DNA of 64,000 nt from Arenicellales bacterium (lineage in GTDB: Bacteria; Pseudomonadota; Gammaproteobacteria; Arenicellales; JAJDZL01). Positions 8,723 to 18,904 of the stretch are shown here, one piece after another; position 1 is the first letter of the stretch, and each line of letters begins with the position of its first letter. The notes beneath the pieces are model-generated. The model was given only the letters and a program-made list of their open reading frames with translations, did not search any database and had not been told where the DNA came from. The position numbers and the translations under genes were made by a program. The stretch lies in contig CBDBFX010000002.1 in NCBI GenBank assembly GCA_965205205.1, positions 1,309,506 to 1,373,505 on the forward strand, given 5' to 3'.

Positions 8723-10918
8723 TCAGTTCAACCGGACGCGCTCAACGCTTTTTACCGGACTGTGTCGCAGGATGTTTTTGATAATGGTATTGAGATGATT
8801 GGCATCCTTGACCGAAATGATATAGTCCAGCACCGCATCATTGTTGTGGATGTTCGTTTTACAGTCAGCGATGTCAGCCTTATGACTGGAGATTCTGCCG
8901 GTCACGGCCGCCAGCAGACCCGTTCCATTCTGACAGGTGACCCGAAGGGATACCAGATACTGCCCTTTGGGTTCGCTCGCCCAATTGAGTTTGTGCCAGA
9001 ACTCCGGCGCGTGCCTGGACTGCCGCACGTTCACGCAGTCCTGAGTGTGAATCACAATGCCCCGACCGCGGTTGAATACGCCAACGATTGGTTCCTTGGG
9101 AATGGGGCTGCAGCACTTTGCATACTGAACGCTCAGTCCTTCGGTGCCCTGGATCGAGATGACTTCGGAAGAATCTGAACTGGCGTCGCGAAATGTGAAG
9201 GGAACCAACTGACCGATGACGGCGGCGGCTGAGCGCTCACCTGTGCCGATTTCACGAAGGATATCTGACCAAGAATCAACCCCAAGCCGATCGATCAGTT
9301 CCGCTTTCGATTCAGCGGTTACAGCTGACGGCTTGATTTTGTACTTCTTCAGCATTGATTTGAACATCCGTTCGCCCATTTTCGTCATATCCTTTGCTGA
9401 CAGTTCCCTCAGCGCGCGGCGAATCGCAGTTCTGGCGGTGCTGGTTACCGCGAAATTCAACCACGCCGGGTCTGGCTGACTGAGGCGGCTCCTTTTGATT
9501 TCAACGCGGTCGCCATTCTGCAGAACGGTGTGAAGCGCAACTGGATGATCGTCTATCATCGCCGTTACTGCACTATTGCCCACCGCCGAATGAATGGAAT
9601 AGGCATAGTCAATGACCGTGGCGCCTTTTTTCAACTGCTTGAGAGCGCCTTTCGGTGTGAAAACAAAAACATGATCTGGAAACAGATTCAGTTTGAGATT
9701 TTCAAGAAATTCTTCGGGTGATTGATGCTCTTCCAGCGATTGAACGATTTCTTTCAACCACTGAACAGCGGGCAGACTGCTGTTGTCGTAGCCGGCAGTT
9801 CCAGTTTTGTAGGAAAGGTGTGAGGCGACTCCGGTTTCTGCAATCTGGTGCATTTCCTCAGTACGAATCTGTACTTCGATCGCGCGTCCGAATCGGCCAT
9901 GTACGGTGGTGTGCAGTGACTGGTAACCGTTGAGTTTCGGAATCGCAATATAGTCGTCGAACTCACTGGACACCGGTTTGTATAGATTGTGAATCAATCC
10001 CAGGACGCGGTAGCAGTCGTCGACGGTTTTGACGATGATCCTGAAGGCAAACAAGTCTGGCACCATTCTGAGTGAATTGTTTTTTCTTCTCATCTTTTCG
10101 TGAATGGCCGCAACATCTTTGAATCGACCCGTAACGTCGCCTTCAATGCCCTTTGAATCCAACAACTGCTGAATTTTTGATGTGTGGCTCTTAATGGTCT
10201 GCTCGACGCTCTGATTGAGGTCGGCGCGGGCTGCCTTCTGAATAATCGCATAGCGCTTTGGATTCAGTGCCTTAAAGCACAGATCCTCCATCTGCCGCCG
10301 CCATTCGCCCATACCGAGCAGGTACGCGATGGGGATGTAAATCTCGCGCGTTTCATTGATGATTCGCTGCCGCTTGTCGACTTTAAACACATGGATTGAA
10401 TCAAGATTGTGCAGTCGGTCGGCGATTTTGATCAATATCACCCGCAGATCGTTGACGCTGGCAAGAAACAGTCGGCGAAGGTTTTCAGCTTTAGCGTGCT
10501 GGGGTGATTTGAATTTCAGTCGATCGATTTTACTGACGCTGTCGACCAGTTCCGCAATTTCGCCACCGAATTCATGTGCCATCTCCGCCTTGGTGAAATC
10601 AGTGTCTTCCAGCGTATCGTGTAGAATGGCGGCGATGATCGTGCTGCTGTCCAGTTTGTGTTCGGCGAGCAGCAAAGCGACCGCCAAGGGGTGATTGATG
10701 TATTTTTCGCCTTTAACTCGTCGCTGCCCCTCATGCGCGGTGGCGCTGATGGCGTAAGCCTTTTTGACAGTTACAATCTGCGAGTCGCTGAGATATTCGC
10801 TCAGCATTTTGACCAGCGATTTGAACTGAGCGTCTTCGAGTTCAGGAATTCTCAGCAGCTTGCGGAGTTCTGCGAAACTGATCTTGGACGCTTTGCTGAT
10901 GGAATTCGCTATCGGCAT
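8723..10918 (-). CDS. spoT: bifunctional (p)ppGpp synthetase/hydrolase
   Basis: 731 aa. It has an HD hydrolase motif (HDTLEDT), a synthetase region (GYQSLHTTV) and a TGS/ACT-like C-terminus. It lies immediately downstream of rpoZ. Confidence 0.93.
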   Translation of the reverse strand: MPIANSISKASKISFAELRKLLRIPELEDAQFKSLVKMLSEYLSDSQIVTVKKAYAISATAHEGQRRVKGEKYINHPLAVALLLAEHKLDSSTIIAAILHDTLEDTDFTKAEMAHEFGGEIAELVDSVSKIDRLKFKSPQHAKAENLRRLFLASVNDLRVILIKIADRLHNLDSIHVFKVDKRQRIINETREIYIPIAYLLGMGEWRRQMEDLCFKALNPKRYAIIQKAARADLNQSVEQTIKSHTSKIQQLLDSKGIEGDVTGRFKDVAAIHEKMRRKNNSLRMVPDLFAFRIIVKTVDDCYRVLGLIHNLYKPVSSEFDDYIAIPKLNGYQSLHTTVHGRFGRAIEVQIRTEEMHQIAETGVASHLSYKTGTAGYDNSSLPAVQWLKEIVQSLEEHQSPEEFLENLKLNLFPDHVFVFTPKGALKQLKKGATVIDYAYSIHSAVGNSAVTAMIDDHPVALHTVLQNGDRVEIKRSRLSQPDPAWLNFAVTSTARTAIRRALRELSAKDMTKMGERMFKSMLKKYKIKPSAVTAESKAELIDRLGVDSWSDILREIGTGERSAAAVIGQLVPFTFRDASSDSSEVISIQGTEGLSVQYAKCCSPIPKEPIVGVFNRGRGIVIHTQDCVNVRQSRHAPEFWHKLNWASEPKGQYLVSLRVTCQNGTGLLAAVTGRISSHKADIADCKTNIHNNDAVLDYIISVKDANHLNTIIKNILRHSPVKSVERVRLN

Positions 10919-10960
10919 CCGATCGGCCCGATGCCTATCCCGCCATCATCTGGAGACCCG

Positions 10961-11365
10961 CTAGATGGGAGCGGGAGAATTGAGGGTGGCGTGAACGGGT
11001 TTCGACTCACCATTGGTCGATGATTCGACTTCTGTTTCGGTCTGCGCTTCTGCAGTCGTCTCTGACTGCGGTTTATCATCTGTACCATCCAAAGCCGCCA
11101 ACGATTCGACAGTCTGTTCCTGTTCAAGTGATGGCAGCTCAAACGGGAGGGGCGCCGCCGGCGTATCATCTTCGTCGAGAATGGCGGCCGTAACCAAACC
11201 TTCGGCAATCTCGCGCAGGGCGACCACCGTATTCTTGTCATTGTCCCGATCAACCAAAGGTTCGGCACCGTCGGCGAGCTGACGGGCGCGCTTCGTTGCG
11301 ATGAGCACCAACTGAAATCGGTTCTCAACTCGTTCAAGACAATCTTCTACTGTAATTCTTGCCAT
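10961..11365 (-). CDS. rpoZ: RNA polymerase omega subunit with a long acidic C-terminal tail
   Basis: [30 protein letters not shown] matches the RpoZ N-terminus. ATG 11365 is preceded by a GAGGGAG Shine-Dalgarno, so the listed ORF start at 11419 is probably too far upstream. Confidence 0.9.
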   Translation of the reverse strand: MARITVEDCLERVENRFQLVLIATKRARQLADGAEPLVDRDNDKNTVVALREIAEGLVTAAILDEDDTPAAPLPFELPSLEQEQTVESLAALDGTDDKPQSETTAEAQTETEVESSTNGESKPVHATLNSPAPI

Positions 11366-11486
11366 AGCTCCCTCGGAAAATGAAATGATCTGTGCGAACT
11401 TTAAAGAGATGATGCACAATTTCAGGCGGGTAACAGATTATAACTTGACTGAACATGATTTTCAGCAACATTCGAAACTTCGTCAA

Positions 11487-12176
11487 ATGAGTCCTGCGAG
11501 AGAAGAGGCGCGCAAAATCAGCATCAAGGTCTGGGATGGACCGCTTCGAACATTTCACTGGCTCCTTGCATCACTCATAGTGGTCATGCTGGCGAGTGCG
11601 AAACTGGAGAACTTCGACGTCCACATCGCAACCGGCAAGATACTCGTCATTCTTCTACTTGCCAGAATCGTCTGGGGATTCGTCGGCAGTTCAAATGCAC
11701 GTCTCTCGGCACTCGTATTCAAGCCCGGTGATTACATCAATTACATCAGCAGGCTGCCGCTCCGAAAACCGAGTTACAGCCTCGCACACAGCCCAATTGG
11801 TGCACTTGCAGTCATCGCGATCCTGGTTACAGTCTCCGTCCAGCTGACAAGCGGGCTGTTTGCCGCCGATGTCGACGGACTGCTCGAGGGGCCCTTCGCC
11901 TACTATGTCACTTACGAACTCAGCCGGTTTGCCAGTGACATCCACGTGACCAATGTCAAATGGCTGATTGCGCTCATCGTCCTACATATCATCGCCAATC
12001 TGTTCTACTATTTCTATAAACGAGACAATCTGATCAAGCCAATGATTACCGGCTTTCGAGCCATTCCCGAAGAAAATGCGCCGCACGCGCCGCAACTGGC
12101 CTCACCCTGGCGAGGATTATGGGTGGCGATTGTCGTTGCGGCGGTTATGACAGGGTTATATGTGCAGTACGGATAG
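11487..12176 (+). CDS. cytochrome b561 family membrane protein
   Basis: It has four hydrophobic helices with conserved His residues (RTFHWLL, HSPIG, VLHII). The start is taken at ATG 11487 (MSPAREE), inside the longer listed ORF. Confidence 0.75.
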   Translation: MSPAREEARKISIKVWDGPLRTFHWLLASLIVVMLASAKLENFDVHIATGKILVILLLARIVWGFVGSSNARLSALVFKPGDYINYISRLPLRKPSYSLAHSPIGALAVIAILVTVSVQLTSGLFAADVDGLLEGPFAYYVTYELSRFASDIHVTNVKWLIALIVLHIIANLFYYFYKRDNLIKPMITGFRAIPEENAPHAPQLASPWRGLWVAIVVAAVMTGLYVQYG

Positions 12177-12182
12177 GCCGAT

Positions 12183-12683
12183 TTAATTTTTCTTGTGACG
12201 AAACTGTGTGTGACAGCCGCGGCATCCCTCGCCGCCGAGCGCTTTAACCGCTTTACCGATCAGCTGACCGTCGCCTGATTCAAATGCGGCCTCCAACGCC
12301 CTCGCCGGCTCAGCCAGCGCTTCTGCCGCCGCAACGAATTCAGACCATTTCTCCCAGATCTCGGCTTTGGCTTCACTATCTTCGTTCTGAGCTATGCCGG
12401 TATCCTGCGGAAACAGATCGGGAATTTCGGATGCTCGCTCAGCCATCTCGGCGGCCATGGCGCCGAGTTCCAATGCCTCGCCCTCACCTCGTTTCAGAAA
12501 ATTTGAAAAAGCCTTCATACTGCCTCCCATGCCCTTCATAAATTCTGACCGGTTGGCATATACCGCTTCCGCCTCTTCAGCCGAAGCGACTTTTCCCGGC
12601 ATCATATCAGCCTGGAGAGCCGGTACTGAAAATAGCGCTGAAATCACGAAACCGCAGGCAAGAAATCTGATAATACGCATCAT
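12183..12683 (-). CDS. class II cytochrome c (cytochrome c-prime-like), periplasmic
   Basis: A single C-terminal heme motif (CRGCH) and a four-helix-like sequence. Signal peptide MMRIIRFLACGFVISALFSVPALQA. ATG 12683 is preceded by a GAGGTGA Shine-Dalgarno. Confidence 0.75.
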   Translation of the reverse strand: MMRIIRFLACGFVISALFSVPALQADMMPGKVASAEEAEAVYANRSEFMKGMGGSMKAFSNFLKRGEGEALELGAMAAEMAERASEIPDLFPQDTGIAQNEDSEAKAEIWEKWSEFVAAAEALAEPARALEAAFESGDGQLIGKAVKALGGEGCRGCHTQFRHKKN

Positions 12684-12779
12684 GAATGTCACCTCATTCA
12701 TTGGTTGTTGGAAAGGTATACATTCTACACGGTAAATGTCAACTTTGCCTGTCGGGACGATCAGACATCTCAATCGACA

Positions 12780-13931
12780 ATGATTCAATTCGAACGATAT
12801 CGAAATGAACTCGATTCGCTGGCTGAGAAAAACCGTCTGCGAAAGTTATCGCTGGGCGCGGGCATTGATTTCACATCCAATGATTTTCTAGGGCTGAACA
12901 CATCGTCAGCCATTCGTGCGGCCGTCGCAGAAGCACTGGAACAGGGAGTACCGCTCGGCTCCGGGGGCTCGCGCCTTCTGCGTGGCAACTTTCCCGCACA
13001 TATTGAGCTTGAAGCATACGCGGCGCGTTTTTTCCACTGCGAAAAAACGCTTTATTTTGCGAATGGCTATGGTGCAAATTTTGCAATCCTCACGACACTT
13101 CCCAGACGGCATGACATCATCATTTTTGACGCGCGGTCGCATGCCAGCATCAGGGAGGGCATTTCGGCATCGCTGACCCAATCAGTGAAAGTTCCACACA
13201 ATGATGTCAATGCGATGGAACGCGTCCTCTCCAGATGGCATCCAACCCGTCACAAACATTCAACGGCGTGGATCGTCGTAGAAAGTCTATACAGCATGGA
13301 TGGTGATTTCGCACCGCTCCAGAATCTGTTCGATCTCGCAGCGCGTTATGACGCGATGCTGCTGGTTGATGAAGCGCATGCCACGGGGGTCTGGGGAGCG
13401 CACGGTCGAGGATCAACGGAACCCTATGAAGGGCACCCGCACCTGATTTCAGTACACACCTGCGGCAAAGCACTGGGAGTGGCAGGCGCGCTGGTCTGCG
13501 CACCGGCGTATCTGATCGAGTTCATGGTTAACAGAGCGCGACCATTCATCTATTCGACTGCACCACCACCCATCAACGCAGTGGCCGTCGGTGCGGCACT
13601 TCAGTTACTCGAAACCGAACCCCAGCGACGAATTCAACTGCATCATCTGGTACGCCTAGCGAATCGGAAGGTATATGAATTTTTCGGTGTGGATGGCAGT
13701 GGCAGCCAGATCATCCCGTTTGTTCTGGGTACAGATGAACAGGTGGTGAAAGTTGCAGCTGCAATGCGCGGAGCCGGGTTCGATGTGCGGGCGATTCGGC
13801 CGCCCACTGTTCCAGAGGGCACCTCTCGCCTTAGAATTTCCATCACGCTCAATGTCAGCGAAACGGACGTGTCAAATTTTTTCGATACCCTGTATAAAGT
13901 GATGCATTCCCAGCAGTCAAATTCTCATTGA
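12780..13931 (+). CDS. bioF: 8-amino-7-oxononanoate synthase
   Basis: The PLP-lysine region is HTCGKALG and the product is about 383 aa from the first ATG at 12780. The listed ORF start at 12705 is a TTG. bioD and bioA follow. Confidence 0.9.
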   Translation: MIQFERYRNELDSLAEKNRLRKLSLGAGIDFTSNDFLGLNTSSAIRAAVAEALEQGVPLGSGGSRLLRGNFPAHIELEAYAARFFHCEKTLYFANGYGANFAILTTLPRRHDIIIFDARSHASIREGISASLTQSVKVPHNDVNAMERVLSRWHPTRHKHSTAWIVVESLYSMDGDFAPLQNLFDLAARYDAMLLVDEAHATGVWGAHGRGSTEPYEGHPHLISVHTCGKALGVAGALVCAPAYLIEFMVNRARPFIYSTAPPPINAVAVGAALQLLETEPQRRIQLHHLVRLANRKVYEFFGVDGSGSQIIPFVLGTDEQVVKVAAAMRGAGFDVRAIRPPTVPEGTSRLRISITLNVSETDVSNFFDTLYKVMHSQQSNSH

Positions 13932-13937
13932 TATCCA

Positions 13938-14603
13938 ATGGTGACAGAATTATCGAACAGTCTGCCAGGCGGTTTCCTAGTAACCGGCACCGATACGGGG
14001 ATTGGAAAAACAGTCGTATCAGCGATGTTGGTGCGCGCTTTGGACGCTTATTACATCAAGCCGGTCCAAGCTGGACTTGACGAACCGACTGATACGGAAA
14101 TCGTGCGAGACCTGTCCGGGCAACCTGCAGAACGCTTCTTTCCGGAATGCTATCGACTGCAGGCACCGGCGTCGCCGCATCTTGCGGCAGCGATGGAAGG
14201 AATAAAAATCGATACTGAGCAACTGATTCTTCCACAGACGAATCGCCCGCTCATTGTAGAAGGGGCCGGCGGAGTACTGGTGCCGCTCACCGAATCGGTA
14301 TTGTTTGTGGAAGTGTTTGCCAGCTGGCGGCTGCCGGCCATCGTCTGTGCGCGTACCTCACTTGGCACCATCAATCACACGTTGCTGACTCTGGCTGCGC
14401 TGCGCGATCGGGGAATACCCGTGCTCGGGATCATTTTTGTTGGTGACGCTCACGAGGAAAACGAATCCATTATTCCACGCCTGGGAAACGTCAGGCATCT
14501 GGGTCGCGTACCATTTTTGACGCCACTGCATCAGAAGTCTCTCGAACGGACCTTTGACAGGCACTTCAGATTGGAAGACTTTGTGAATGGCGGGCCGGAT
14601 TGA
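13938..14603 (+). CDS. bioD: dethiobiotin synthase
   Basis: 221 aa with the P-loop GTDTGIGKTVVS typical of BioD. Confidence 0.9.
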   Translation: MVTELSNSLPGGFLVTGTDTGIGKTVVSAMLVRALDAYYIKPVQAGLDEPTDTEIVRDLSGQPAERFFPECYRLQAPASPHLAAAMEGIKIDTEQLILPQTNRPLIVEGAGGVLVPLTESVLFVEVFASWRLPAIVCARTSLGTINHTLLTLAALRDRGIPVLGIIFVGDAHEENESIIPRLGNVRHLGRVPFLTPLHQKSLERTFDRHFRLEDFVNGGPD

Positions 14604-15913
14604 TGAACTCTTTTGGTCAGCGATGCAGCTCACAAAATGATATGAAACGAGATAGCTCGCCTGTTTGGCACCCCTTCACCCAGCACGCCATTTTTTCCGA
14701 TTTTCTGGAAATTGACCGCGCGGAAGGTGCTTACCTTTTCTCATCGGCCGGGCAGAGAATCATCGATGCAATCTCTTCCTGGTGGGTGATCACACACGGG
14801 CACTGTCACCCGCGATTGCGGCAGGCGGCGCGCGAGCAGATGGAACGACTGGATCAGGTGATTTTCGCCGGTTACACCCATCAGCCTGCAGAACGCACCG
14901 CAGACCTGCTGGTTGAACTGACCCCGGACGGACTGGATTATGTTTTCTATTCGGATAGCGGTTCAACCGCAGTCGAAGTCGGGCTGAAGATGGCGTTGGG
15001 TTACTGGCATCATCTGAACGTTCCGCGTGATCGAGTTATCGTTCTGGAACACAGTTATCATGGCGATACCATCGGAACCATGTCGGTCGGTGAGCGTGGC
15101 GTGTTCAACAAGCCATACAACCCGCTTCTTTTTTCCGTTGAAACCATTCCCTTTCCTACGGAATCGAATGAGCAGATCACACTGGATGCACTCGAATCGA
15201 AGTGTCGGATGAATCCGGGTGCCGCCGCCTTCATTGTCGAACCACTGGTATTGGGAGCCGGCGGCATGCTGATGTACGGACCGAAAACGCTCCGCGAGAT
15301 GAAACGAATCTGCGAGCGGCATGACGTGCTGTTCATCGCCGACGAGGTCATGACCGCCTGGGGCCGAACTGGAACGCTGTTCGCCTGCGAACAGGCCGAT
15401 GTCGTACCAGATATCGCCTGTTACTCAAAAGGCATCACCGGTGGTTTTCTGCCGCTTGCGGTTACCTTATGCCATGCACGCATTTTCGATGCGCACTACT
15501 CAACCGATCGCAGTAAAACATTTTTCCATTCGAGTTCCTATACCGCCAATCCGATCGCGTGCGCGGTGGCCGCCGCCAATCTGGAAATGTGGCGGGAAGG
15601 TGACGTGCTGAAGCAGGTGGAATTCACCGAAAAAATGCAACAGCGAAAACTGGCCGACATGGCTGCCATTGATTCATTGACAAATCTCCGCCAGACCGGT
15701 ACCATTGCAGCCATGGATATTCAAGTTTCCGACTGCGGATATCTGTCTGAAATCGGTACCCAGCTCTATCTTCGATTTCAGAAAAGCGGCGTTCTGCTTC
15801 GCCCACTCGGCAACACCATTTATGTGCTACCGCCTTACTGCATGTCAGAGGAAGATTTTGATACGGTCTACGGCGTGATCTGTGAAACAATTGCCGACCT
15901 TATTCAATCTTAA
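14603..15913 (+). CDS. bioA: adenosylmethionine-8-amino-7-oxononanoate aminotransferase
   Basis: Class III aminotransferase with WHPFTQH and the PLP-lysine region YSKGITGG. ATG 14603 overlaps the bioD stop codon (TGATG). Confidence 0.9.
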   Translation: MNSFGQRCSSQNDMKRDSSPVWHPFTQHAIFSDFLEIDRAEGAYLFSSAGQRIIDAISSWWVITHGHCHPRLRQAAREQMERLDQVIFAGYTHQPAERTADLLVELTPDGLDYVFYSDSGSTAVEVGLKMALGYWHHLNVPRDRVIVLEHSYHGDTIGTMSVGERGVFNKPYNPLLFSVETIPFPTESNEQITLDALESKCRMNPGAAAFIVEPLVLGAGGMLMYGPKTLREMKRICERHDVLFIADEVMTAWGRTGTLFACEQADVVPDIACYSKGITGGFLPLAVTLCHARIFDAHYSTDRSKTFFHSSSYTANPIACAVAAANLEMWREGDVLKQVEFTEKMQQRKLADMAAIDSLTNLRQTGTIAAMDIQVSDCGYLSEIGTQLYLRFQKSGVLLRPLGNTIYVLPPYCMSEEDFDTVYGVICETIADLIQS

Positions 15914-15967
15914 TCATCCAATCGTCTGCCGATGCGCGGCGGATATTGGTCCGGTAGATTCCAAAGC

Positions 15968-16513
15968 ATGAACACAAATTTATTTAGCTGTCGAAATGTC
16001 CGCCGAACTGTCTTTGCCATCGTTCTATGTGCCGCATTATCGGCACCGAATGCAACCGCTGAACCATCAACCGAAGCTCTTTGGCAGGAAACATTGAACA
16101 GGATTCGAGACGACTTTCCGCGCGTGAATCATATCTCAACTGATGAACTCGCAACCATGTTGGCCCGGCAGACCCCGTTCGTGCTTTTGGATACGCGCAG
16201 ACCTGAAGAATTTTCAGTCAGCCATATCAAAGGTGCAGTTTTATCGGAAGATGTTGGCGATGCACTTGATGCGCTGGAAAACCGAAGTCGCGACGATCTC
16301 GTCATCGTTTACTGCTCCGTCGGTTACCGATCGTCGAAAATCGCCGCCAAGCTCGCGCGACGGGGTTATTCCAACGTGTTTAACCTTGAAGGCTCGCTAT
16401 TCAAATGGGCCAATGAAGATCGCCCCCTTTTTCGCGATGTCAGGCCGGCCGCCAAAGTTCATCCTTACGACGATGAGTGGGGACAGTTGCTTGAACCGAA
16501 ATTTTGGCCGTGA
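15968..16513 (+). CDS. secreted rhodanese-domain sulfurtransferase
   Basis: Signal peptide MNTNLFSCRNVRRTVFAIVLCAALSAPNATA and a rhodanese active-site loop YCSVGYRS. An alternative upstream ATG lies at 15932. Confidence 0.8.
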   Translation: MNTNLFSCRNVRRTVFAIVLCAALSAPNATAEPSTEALWQETLNRIRDDFPRVNHISTDELATMLARQTPFVLLDTRRPEEFSVSHIKGAVLSEDVGDALDALENRSRDDLVIVYCSVGYRSSKIAAKLARRGYSNVFNLEGSLFKWANEDRPLFRDVRPAAKVHPYDDEWGQLLEPKFWP

Positions 16514-16666
16514 AATGCCGAAATCGATGAAAAATTAAAATAACAATCTGCGGTCAGTTTCTTTGCATCCATGTACGGGGCGATATCAACGCCCGAAGTT
16601 ACCGCAGCCATCTGCAAATCGTAAGGGCGTTCTTTCGCCCCATCGTCTGGTTACCTATGATTGGAC

Positions 16667-17770
16667 TCAATCAATAATGATATCCGCCTCGCCCAGCAGA
16701 TCAAGATCAGGTTCAATTCCCAACCCCGGCATTTGCGGTGGGCTGATTTTCCCATTGCTGCGTACCGGAGCATCGGGTGCGAGCCGCGGTTCAGTGTAGG
16801 AGGAAAGGTCGCAGACATTCAGGACGCGGGCTGAATGGGTCGAGGCCGCCAGATGAAGTGCGGAGGCAGTCGCAATATCCGAACCCCACGTATCCTCAAT
16901 GCACATCAGGCTGCCAAGATACGAACACAGATCCCGAGCTCGGCGCGCCGCACTCAGCCCTCCAAATTTGGACAGCTTGATCGCAACGGCATCCATACAG
17001 CCAAGTCTGGCGCCGCGCAGGACCGAATCGATATCGTGCGCGGATTCATCCAGCTTCATCGGAAGTCCAGTGGCAGTCTTCACGGCCGCACAGCTCTCGA
17101 TTGACTGACAGGGCTGTTCCAACATGACGTCAAGGTGCCTGACGGCGCGACCGATCCGAATCGCACTCAGCTGCGAGGCACCGCAGTTCCAGTCGCCATA
17201 TACCAAAGGAGCGCTGCCAACCGCTTCTCGAACTTTCGTCAGACGCGCCACATCCGTTTCCCAATTTTCATCCACTCCCAGTTTCACCTGGAACTGGCGT
17301 ATTCCCTGCCCATAGGCATCAAGCGCAATTCGCGCCATCTCATCTGGGTCGATACAGGTAATCGAATGGTAGAGCGGAAGATTTTCAACCCGCCGACCAC
17401 CAAAAAGTCCATACAGAGGCAGGCCTGCCTGCTTACCAGTCAGGTCCCAGAGCGCTATGTCAATGGCAGACTTGGCGTAAACGTGTCCAGGCAGGAAGGC
17501 ATGCAACTGATCCATCAGACCCTCAGCTCCGATCGGGTCGGCACCCAACAGCTGTGACGACATTTCATTGATCGCCGGCACCACACCGCGGGCGTAGGCC
17601 GGCAGATAGTGAGGGATGGGACAGACTTCACCCCAGCCGCAATACCGGGAATCCGTCTCAATTCGAACGACGACTGTCTCCACCGTATCACAGGTCTTGC
17701 CATCGGCCATGTAATAGACTTCATGGCTGACCAACGGTATGTGCCAGATTGATAGACGGGTAATTTTCAT
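16667..17770 (-). CDS. enolase-superfamily (mandelate racemase/muconate lactonizing enzyme family) protein
   Basis: 367 aa with the metal-ligand pattern GDWNC, MLEQPC and KLDES, and a C-terminal PGLGIEPD motif. Confidence 0.85.
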   Translation of the reverse strand: MKITRLSIWHIPLVSHEVYYMADGKTCDTVETVVVRIETDSRYCGWGEVCPIPHYLPAYARGVVPAINEMSSQLLGADPIGAEGLMDQLHAFLPGHVYAKSAIDIALWDLTGKQAGLPLYGLFGGRRVENLPLYHSITCIDPDEMARIALDAYGQGIRQFQVKLGVDENWETDVARLTKVREAVGSAPLVYGDWNCGASQLSAIRIGRAVRHLDVMLEQPCQSIESCAAVKTATGLPMKLDESAHDIDSVLRGARLGCMDAVAIKLSKFGGLSAARRARDLCSYLGSLMCIEDTWGSDIATASALHLAASTHSARVLNVCDLSSYTEPRLAPDAPVRSNGKISPPQMPGLGIEPDLDLLGEADIIID

Positions 17771-18891
17771 GTTCTTGCCGATTCGTAGACTGCAGACGGT
17801 CTGCCCAATTCATCCGGGTCCGGATCAACACCAATGCCGGGGGCTTGCGATAGCGTAACAAATCCATTGTTGTTGCGAACGCCCTGACCGGGGACTGGAT
17901 CAACGGCAAGATGCTGATGGGCAAGCCAGCTTGCCAGTCGATTCTTACTCGGCGTTGACTTGGCCAGGTGAATGGCGGTCGTATCAGCCAGTGCTGTTCC
18001 ACCAACATCCTCAACATGCATCTGCCAGCCGATCGAAATGCCGAAATCCCGAATACTGCGGGCTCGGCTTAATCCACCCAGTCGATTGGGTTTCACCTTG
18101 GCCCCTTCGCACGCATGCAACCGCCAGGCGTCAAGATGATCCTGAAAAGTGTGAAGACATTCATCAAGCATGATGGGCTGTCGCACTCGTTTTGCAACAT
18201 GAGCGCATTGCGCAATTGTCTCACAGGGTTGTTCAATCCACACTGGCATACCGAACCCATTGAGGATTTGAACGGCCTCGCCAGGACTCCAAGCCCGATT
18301 GATGTCAAACGTAATTTTCTCATCCTGCTGCAGACCTGAGCAGATGGTCTGCATTCGCTTAATTTCTCGGTTTGCATCCAGGCCACCAACTTTTGCAGAA
18401 TGAGTTCGATAACCCCGAGATCTCGCCGCTTCTATGTCCGCCACCATTTCATCGGCCGAACGGGTTGCAATGGATGAATTGATGTCCACCTGGGGTGTTT
18501 CGCTTCCGCCGAACAGTTGCCAAAGTGGTAACCCTGAGACTTTACCGACAATGTCCCAACAGGCAATGTCAATCGGTGATTTGGCATAAAGATGACCCGG
18601 TAAAGTCAGATCCATCAATCGATTGATGACATCGATCGAACGTGGGTCCTGATCGATCAGAACCGGAGCAAGCAGATCCAGCGCGCTGCGCAGACTGTGA
18701 CCAGAGGCCGGCAGATAGCTGTGGCCCCAAGGACATCCCTCGCCCCAACCATATGGACCTGCATCCGTTTCGATGCGGACAAAGGTCGAATCCAATCGAT
18801 CGTATTTCAATCGTCCACCCGACAACCAATAAGGCTCTGACAATGGCAGATCGAGATTCCATACGGTGATGCGCGTTATTTTCAAAACCAT
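17767..18891 (-). CDS. enolase-superfamily (MR/MLE family) protein, tandem paralog
   Basis: 374 aa with FDINRAW, WIEQPC, MLDEC and PGIGVDPD motifs. It overlaps the downstream paralog by 4 nt. Confidence 0.85.
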   Translation of the reverse strand: MVLKITRITVWNLDLPLSEPYWLSGGRLKYDRLDSTFVRIETDAGPYGWGEGCPWGHSYLPASGHSLRSALDLLAPVLIDQDPRSIDVINRLMDLTLPGHLYAKSPIDIACWDIVGKVSGLPLWQLFGGSETPQVDINSSIATRSADEMVADIEAARSRGYRTHSAKVGGLDANREIKRMQTICSGLQQDEKITFDINRAWSPGEAVQILNGFGMPVWIEQPCETIAQCAHVAKRVRQPIMLDECLHTFQDHLDAWRLHACEGAKVKPNRLGGLSRARSIRDFGISIGWQMHVEDVGGTALADTTAIHLAKSTPSKNRLASWLAHQHLAVDPVPGQGVRNNNGFVTLSQAPGIGVDPDPDELGRPSAVYESART

Positions 18892-18904
18892 ACCCTAGAT
18901 TCAG

